A stretch of 64,000 bases of DNA. It comes from Diplonema japonicum (lineage: Eukaryota; Protista; Euglenozoa: Diplonemea). The notes beneath the pieces were generated by a model. It was not told the DNA's origin. It did no database searches and saw nothing but the letters and a program-made list of their open reading frames with translations. The stretch is taken from positions 186,001-250,000 of the forward strand of contig OZ025751.1 of NCBI GenBank assembly GCA_964019335.1. Reading direction: 5' to 3'. Of this stretch, positions 57,766-64,000 are shown piece by piece; position 1 is the first letter of the stretch; each line of letters begins with the position of its first letter. The position numbers were made by a program, and so were the translations under genes.

Positions 57766-58823
57766 AAAAAAAACTTTTTTTTTTCCCTCTGCTGTCTACC
57801 ACCGCCTCCTGCATTTTTTTTTTCCCTCTTTGGAAAAAAAAATGTGGTTTTTTTTTTTTTTTTTTTTTTTTTTGCGAGAAAAAAAAAGAGAGCGTGGTGA
57901 TATGCTGGAATGGGGGGTGTGTTTTTTTTTTTGTTTCATTTTTTTTTAAATTTCTTCTCTTTCTTTTTCTTTTTTCCTTCCCCCCCCCCCGCAGCGCATT
58001 TTTATTCCAAATTTATGTCGCTTTTTTATATTTATTATTTGTGTGTTTTTTTAAATTTTTAAATACTCGTTTTTTTTTCTTTTTTTCTTTCTTCTCCTGA
58101 AACGCTCCGGTCCGCCTTTCTGTGTGCACCGATCCTTTGTTCGAATACACCGTCCTCCCCCCCCCCCCCCCCCTCTAGAACGTGTAGTTACCCTTTTTTA
58201 AAAAAGATTTTTCTTTGCATAAAAAAAAAAGAAAAAGAGAAAAAAAAAAACATGGAAAGAAAAGAAAAAAAGTGAATCGGAGAGTCAAAAGACAAATTAA
58301 AAAAAAAACCCCTTTCTTGTGAAAATAGGGTCATCGTGACCCTCACCTTTAAAAAAAAAAAATCGGGGCGAAATTCTTTGTGGTAGGTGTCGATTGCCCC
58401 TGGAAAAAAAAACCCCCCGCATTTTAACTTTTTTTTTGTTCTAATCTTTTTTTTATTTCTTGCGTGTGGAATTTTTTTGTTCAACGTTCATGTCTCTGAA
58501 GAACCTCAAGCACACTGTGCCTCCAGCTCAGATGAGGCACTTTCGACTTTAAGCATTGTGCTCCTGGACAGCTTTAGAGACACGTGGTACAATCGGGGTA
58601 AAAAAAAAAACTTTTTTTATTTTGTTTCTTCCTTTCCTTCACCTTTCCCTTTTCCTTTCATCCCCCCTTTTTTTTGATATTGGGGAAAAAAAAAAGGAAA
58701 ATGACACTCGTTCGCTCCTAAAGAGAAAAAAACAAAAAAAATAACTATAACACCTGCCTATATCCCCCCCCCCTCGCGCTGTTCACCCGAGTAGTACGTA
58801 AAAGGAAAAAAAAAAAAAAAAAA

Positions 58824-59708
58824 ATGACGGGCAGGCCTCAAAGGTTGCCTGGGTACTCCATGAAGGGAGATGAGGAGATGTGGGATGCGCATCTAAAAAG
58901 GGTGCTGGGCCAACTTCAAATGATCTACCACAAGGTGATCCTTCCAGTCGAGGAAAAGTTCAAATTCGACACCTTCAGACCAAGCTGGTTCGCGGAGACA
59001 CTAGTACAGACAAAGCCCTTCGTGACGTTCATGGGTCCGTTTTCTTCCGGAAAATCCACGTTTATCAACCACCTTCTTGAAAGCAATTATCTATGGACAG
59101 GTCCACAGCCCACAACAGACAAGTTCACGGTTGTACTACACGGCGACCAACCGCAACAAATCGGAGGAAGGGTGTTAGCAAACCAACAGGACTTACCATT
59201 TAGAGGTTTAAACGCTTTTGGCGACCAGTTTCTAGAACACCTTGACGGGTACCAGATTGACCACGAACTCCTCCGATCGGTAACCCTAGTAGACACACCT
59301 GGTGTTTTAGAGGCTGCTGGTGACATTCACAGCCGGCGGTATGATTATATTAAAGTGTGCAGATGGTTTGTGGAACGATCAGACCTTGTCTTTGTGTTGT
59401 TCGACCCTACTAAGCTGGATGCTGGTATTGAACTGAAGATGCTTTTCAAGCACGCGCTTAAGGGGAACGAGTCGAAAATTAGGATTATTCTCAACAAGGC
59501 GGATTCTATCGGGTCGCAGGAGCTCATGCGGGTGTACGGGTCGCTGTTTTGGAACCTTTCTAACATGATTAATGCCACGGAGCCGCCGCGTGTGTTTGTT
59601 GGGTCCTTCTGGGACAAGCCTTACCGTCCAAATACCAACCACGCTCTGTTCACGGAGGAGAAATCAGATCTTTTATATGATTTGACAGAGGTTTGCTTTG
59701 CAGGGAGG

Positions 59709-59739
<31 letters not shown>

Positions 59740-60427
59740 AGACGGTTCCCCTTCAGAGTCTTGACAAACGTGTGACGTCTGTTCTCAGGCGAGCAAAGGA
59801 GGTACTTGTTCACGCGTTGGTTTGCAGCATGCTGAAACAAGGGATGCCCAAGTTCTTCGGGAAGGACAAGGCGAAGAAAGAGGCCATTAACAATATTAAA
59901 AAGGTATGGATGGGTAAGCCCCCCCCCCCCCCCCCCCCCCTGATTCAAAAAAAAACACAGATCTACCAAGATGTGCAGCTTAAGTTCAAGTTTGTTACAA
60001 GCAACGACTTTGCGGACGAACAAGAGTACTTTGTATGAGACAGGGAAAAAGAAAATATTTTCTTTTACAAACACACAAGGCTTTCTTCGAAAAAGTTGAC
60101 CTTCTTGAACTGCCACGTTTTGAGAGGATGGAGAAGGAGGGGCAGATCGCTGCGATGAAGAAGGTAAAAGAAAAAAAAATTTTTTTATGAAAAAAAAAAA
60201 AAAAAACAGATCATCGAAAAGGACCTCCCCGAGCTTTTGCAGCCTATTAAATCGGCGAGCACAGTGGACCCCAGGGACAGGTAATGGCTTCCTCCCCCTC
60301 TCAAAAAAATAAGAAACCCTCCTCCCTACAGGAAACAAGCAAGAGATGTACAGGACAGGTACCATGACACAATGGCTAAGCAACTGGCAGGGAAACAGGG
60401 CCAGCAAGGAGCTATTGGTAATTTTGG

Positions 60428-60458
<31 letters not shown>

Positions 60459-60893
60459 TCAGGCGAGATGGGTCCTTCAGCATGGAGAAAGGGTGTCAAC
60501 GACACCGCCATGGGGAAAGAAATTGGGTACAATCCAACTACTGCCAATATCGGGCAAGGAGCGACAGCTCCCTCCGCTCCGCAGCAGGAATTTGAGGCAC
60601 CGGCAGCACCGGCACCGGTAGCTCAGGTTGCTACGGCACCTCCACAGCCAGCGGCAACACCTGCACCTGCAGCTGGGATGGACATGGGGCAAATGCAGCA
60701 AATGATGCAGATGATGCAAATGATGCAGCAGATGCAGCCCGGTGGTGCTGCTCCTGCTGCCGCAGCTCCAGGTGGAATGGACCCTATGATGCAGCAGATG
60801 ATGATGGCACAAATGGCGGGTGGTGCAGCAGCTCCTGCAGCCGCAGCCCCAGCCCCCGCTCCTACACAAACTACCCCCCCTCCTGAAGAATAA
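58824..60893 (+). CDS. EHD/RME-1-like dynamin-family ATPase, 7 exons, with a Q/M/A/P-rich tail
   Basis: GPFSSGKSTFINHL, GPQPTTDKF, VDTPG, LFDPTKLD, LNKAD and LMRVYGSLFWNL; 6 GT-AG introns from 59691. Confidence 0.9.
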
Positions 60894-61069
60894 AATCGAT
60901 TTCAACAAACGTGTTTTTTTTTTTAAAATTTTTTTTTGATCGGCAACTAAAAAGTGTTTTTTTTTATTGTGGTTCTTGCGCTTGAAAAGAAAAAAAGAAC
61001 AAAAGAAAAAAATATATATATATAAAAAGATTATCGTCGGGATGTGTATTTTTCTTCTTTTTTTTTATA

Positions 61070-61338
61070 GGTGGTGGGGATAACATGGAAATATAAGAAG
61101 TACATCAGATGTGTTGTTCGCTGTTGACCTCCTCGTCGGTCATCACCGGTAGCGCCCGAGTGGAAGAACGTAACGCAGATGCTCAGGGTGACGAACAGGC
61201 AGCAAACTGCACGAGCGCAGAATCTTGGTTACCCGGGACGCCCCGGCTAGGGTTGAGCACACCGCATGCTTAAGGACACGACGCGGAACGCAGAAGAAGC
61301 TACTGCTCGGCCGTGGAGCGCCCCCTGTAATCAAGTAG
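61070..61338 (-). mobile_element. CpG-intact copy of the retroposon-like repeat
   Basis: Homologous to the 25-27 kb copies; on the minus strand it ends in an A-rich tail; possible AAATAC TSD. Confidence 0.75.
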
Positions 61339-61825
61339 GTATTTCGTGCTTCGTTGCACGCTTAACGCCACCTAGTGTTGCAATCAAAGCCCCATTTTTT
61401 TTCTTTTTGTATTTCCCCCGTATATAAAAAAAAGGACAAAGTAGGGTGTGGTTTCAAGAAAAAGAAAAAAAGAAGAAAAAAAGGCAGCTCCTTTTTTTAA
61501 ACAGTAATTCGCCCACAGTTTCCTTGTGGTTTTTTTTTTTTTTTTGCCCCCTCCTTTCTCCTTTTTTTTTTGCTATGGTTCTGTCTTTTTTTTTTCCCTT
61601 CTTTCTTTCCTGTTGTCTTTCCGTGTTTTCTTTTTTTTTTTTTTGTTTTTTGCCCCTGTTTTCTTTTTGTTTCATTCTATTCCACACGCCAAAAAAAAAA
61701 TAAAAAAAAGACTGTTTCTTCTCTTTGATATTTATTTCCCTCCCCCCCCCCCCTCTCCCCCTTGAAAAAAAAAATTAAGGAGGGGAAGAAGAAAAAAAAA
61801 AGAAGAAACCCCATACAAAAAAAAA

Positions 61826-62929
61826 ATGTATAATAATATTACCCGTGGTTTCCGTGCTGCCGTAACACACGGAAGGCTCCCATGGACCAAACAGATGAGA
61901 GGAACGAGCACCGCAGAAAACAAAGATGCAGATGCTCTGAAAACGCTGCTCATAAAACTGGACAAGATGAAAGAGACAGCTGAGGTGGGGTCCAAAGAGT
62001 ATCACTCAGTGGCGGTTTGCCTCGGCCAGGTTGGTCTTGCCTACATGAATCAAGGCGACCACAAAACCGCTGCAAAATATCTCGAAGAAGGCCTTGAAAT
62101 GGACAAAATCGTTCAAGGCGGTGTACACATTTCGATGGCAGTCAAGATAAACACACTTGCTTGCACCTGCTTCGCAGCAGGAAACATCGACCGAGCGATA
62201 CAACTCTTCACACAGGTCATCGAATTGCAAAAACCCGCTGGAGATTCCGATCAGCTTATAAAAACGTTAAACAACCTAGGAAGAGCATACTCTGCAATGG
62301 GTGACAAGGACACAGCTATGAAAACCCTTCAAGAAGGCTATTCAATGGCGAAACGGCTGCACCCCAACGGGTCTAGATCCACCGCAGCGATCCTCAGCAC
62401 CCTAGCTGGAACCTACCACAGAAGCGGCGACGTGGAACAATGTCTTAAAACCTTCTACGAGGAACTCAATCTTCGGGAAAAAACACTGCCTCATGAAATC
62501 GACCCCCTTGCAGCCTGTCTCCACAACATAGCCTGCATTCATGCTGTTCAGCAGGATCATGACACTTCCCTGCATTACCTCCGTAAGGGGTTGGACCTCA
62601 AGCAGAAGAAATACCCCGAAGGACACCTAGACACTGCAATGGCCTTTCACCACATAGGCTGCGCGTATGACGCCAAGTCTGAGTCAGCCAAGGCCGTCCC
62701 TTACCACCGCAGTGCTCTTAACATGGCGCAACGCCTTCTTCCTGACACCGATCATCCCTGCACGGCAGACTTTCTGTATGGGGTAGGATTCTCCCTCCGT
62801 GCCTCTAATGAGGAGAGCAGCAAAGCCGAGGCGGAATCCACCATTGCCAAAGCAACAGAAATGGTAAACAGGCTCAAAGCAAAGGGGGTAGCTTATCCCA
62901 CAAGAGAGAGGACCAACATTTATATGTGA
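61826..62929 (+). CDS. TPR-repeat protein (kinesin-light-chain-type repeats), possible mitochondrial presequence
   Basis: Repeated A..L..L(G/A)..Y...G motifs about 42 aa apart. Confidence 0.85.
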   Translation: MYNNITRGFRAAVTHGRLPWTKQMRGTSTAENKDADALKTLLIKLDKMKETAEVGSKEYHSVAVCLGQVGLAYMNQGDHKTAAKYLEEGLEMDKIVQGGVHISMAVKINTLACTCFAAGNIDRAIQLFTQVIELQKPAGDSDQLIKTLNNLGRAYSAMGDKDTAMKTLQEGYSMAKRLHPNGSRSTAAILSTLAGTYHRSGDVEQCLKTFYEELNLREKTLPHEIDPLAACLHNIACIHAVQQDHDTSLHYLRKGLDLKQKKYPEGHLDTAMAFHHIGCAYDAKSESAKAVPYHRSALNMAQRLLPDTDHPCTADFLYGVGFSLRASNEESSKAEAESTIAKATEMVNRLKAKGVAYPTRERTNIYM

Positions 62930-62984
62930 GCTCTCATTTGGAAAGAAAAAAAAAAAGTGTGAAATTTTCTTCGCTGCCCCAAAA

Positions 62985-64000
62985 ATGGGTAATTATATAT
63001 CGAAAAACCCAATTAGGGTTATGAGAAGGATGGCGAAGCGATCCCTGGAAGCACTAGTATTCGATAACACAGCGTTGAAGGGCCTGCCTGTGGATGAGAG
63101 CAAGGTGATGAGCCAGCGGGAGGTGCGCGGGGCGTGCTTCTCCTTGGTAGAACTAACACCTTTGACAAACCCCCGCACGGTGGCGGTGAGCAAAGAAGCA
63201 CTGGCGCTTCTAGACATAGATGAAACCGACAATTCCATCGCAGCAAGCCTCAGCGGGAGCAAACTGATACCAGGATCACAACCTGCTGCACACTGTTACT
63301 GCGGGCATCAATTTGGAAATTTTGCAGGGCAGTTGGGTGACGGGGCGACTATGTACCTAGGAGAAATCACGAATGCCTCGGGGGCGAAATGGGAACTTCA
63401 AATCAAGGGCGGTGGGAAGACACCTTACTCGCGGCAAGGCGACGGCCGGAAGGTCCTCAGATCCTCCTTGCGAGAGTTTCTATGCAGCGAAGCTATGTAC
63501 TACCTCAATGTACCCACCACAAGATCAGCTTCGCTGATAGCTTCTGACGACAAAGTGGTGCGAGATATCCAATACGACGGGAATGCGAAGATGGAGACAT
63601 GTTCGGTCATCACACGTATTGCACCGACGTTCCTTAGATTCGGGTCTTTCGAGATCTGCAAAAAGCGGGACCCTGAAACGATGAAGGCCGGGCCTTCCGT
63701 GGAGCAACCCGAGATTTTGTCCAAGCTCATCGAATTTGCACGGGAGTCATTCTTCACATCGTGCTCCGTGCTGCAAATGTACGAGAAAATCGTTCAATCA
63801 ACGGCATACCTTGTCGCAAGATGGCAGTGTGTCGGGTGGTGCCATGGAGTACTCAACACCGACAACATGTCCATCCTCGGCATCACCATTGACTATGGTC
63901 CGTACGGCTTCCTCGAAGGCTACGACGAGGGGTACATTTGCAACGCCTCCGACACGTCAGGACGGTACACATATGGGGAACAGCCGAAAAAATGCAAATG
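62985..64000 (+). CDS. SELENOO: protein adenylyltransferase SelO (YdiU/UPF0061), 5' part
   Basis: Not in the ORF track because it runs off the window. Motifs YCGHQFGNFAGQLGDG, KGGGKTPYSRQGDGRKVLRSSLREFLCSEAM and HGVLNTDNMSILGITIDYGPYGF. Alternative starts at 63021 and 63030. Confidence 0.92.
   Translation, partial: MGNYISKNPIRVMRRMAKRSLEALVFDNTALKGLPVDESKVMSQREVRGACFSLVELTPLTNPRTVAVSKEALALLDIDETDNSIAASLSGSKLIPGSQPAAHCYCGHQFGNFAGQLGDGATMYLGEITNASGAKWELQIKGGGKTPYSRQGDGRKVLRSSLREFLCSEAMYYLNVPTTRSASLIASDDKVVRDIQYDGNAKMETCSVITRIAPTFLRFGSFEICKKRDPETMKAGPSVEQPEILSKLIEFARESFFTSCSVLQMYEKIVQSTAYLVARWQCVGWCHGVLNTDNMSILGITIDYGPYGFLEGYDEGYICNASDTSGRYTYGEQPKKCK

Noticed and set aside
2524-60462. Non-canonical (non GT-AG) introns, programmed frameshifts or a variant genetic code to explain broken ORFs
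   Set aside because: Every break in the host genes could be resolved with a GT-AG intron under the standard code.

Overview
Gene-dense eukaryotic DNA, most likely from a euglenozoan protist. The co-oriented gene clusters are kinetoplastid-like, but the many cis-introns suggest a diplonemid (inference). All genes at 1-19,000 are on the minus strand and all genes at 27,600-64,000 are on the plus strand. Between them is a divergent strand-switch island (~18.4-27.1 kb) of decayed transposons (hAT element with TIRs, LINE reverse-transcriptase remnant, retroposon-like repeat, 396-bp tandem duplication) carrying a strong CpG->TpG/CpA decay signature. One copy of the same repeat at 61 kb, in genic DNA, keeps its CpGs. 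I reconstructed about 37 GT-AG introns by hand: nearly all are tiny, many have poly(A) in place of a polypyrimidine tract, and they tend to sit in the 3' part of long genes. Recognisable genes: CCAR1/DBC1-like, COX5B-like, syntaxin, 2x RPL21, thioredoxin-like+LamG protein, CaaX protein with GGCCGS repeats, DRAM/Frag1-like, YIPF6, LVIVD secreted protein, 2x RNA-binding double-PARP protein, ankyrin protein, 2x GAMT, PAN/EGF membrane protein, CFAP58, MOCOS, PDZ protein, P5CS, EHD-like, TPR protein and SelO. Best novelty candidates: the duplicated ZnF-PDZ-CSD-CCCH-PARP-RRM-CCCH-PARP protein, the CpG-decayed strand-switch island, and the poly(A) intron architecture. All domain calls are by eye, without database searches, and homopolymer lengths may be unreliable.
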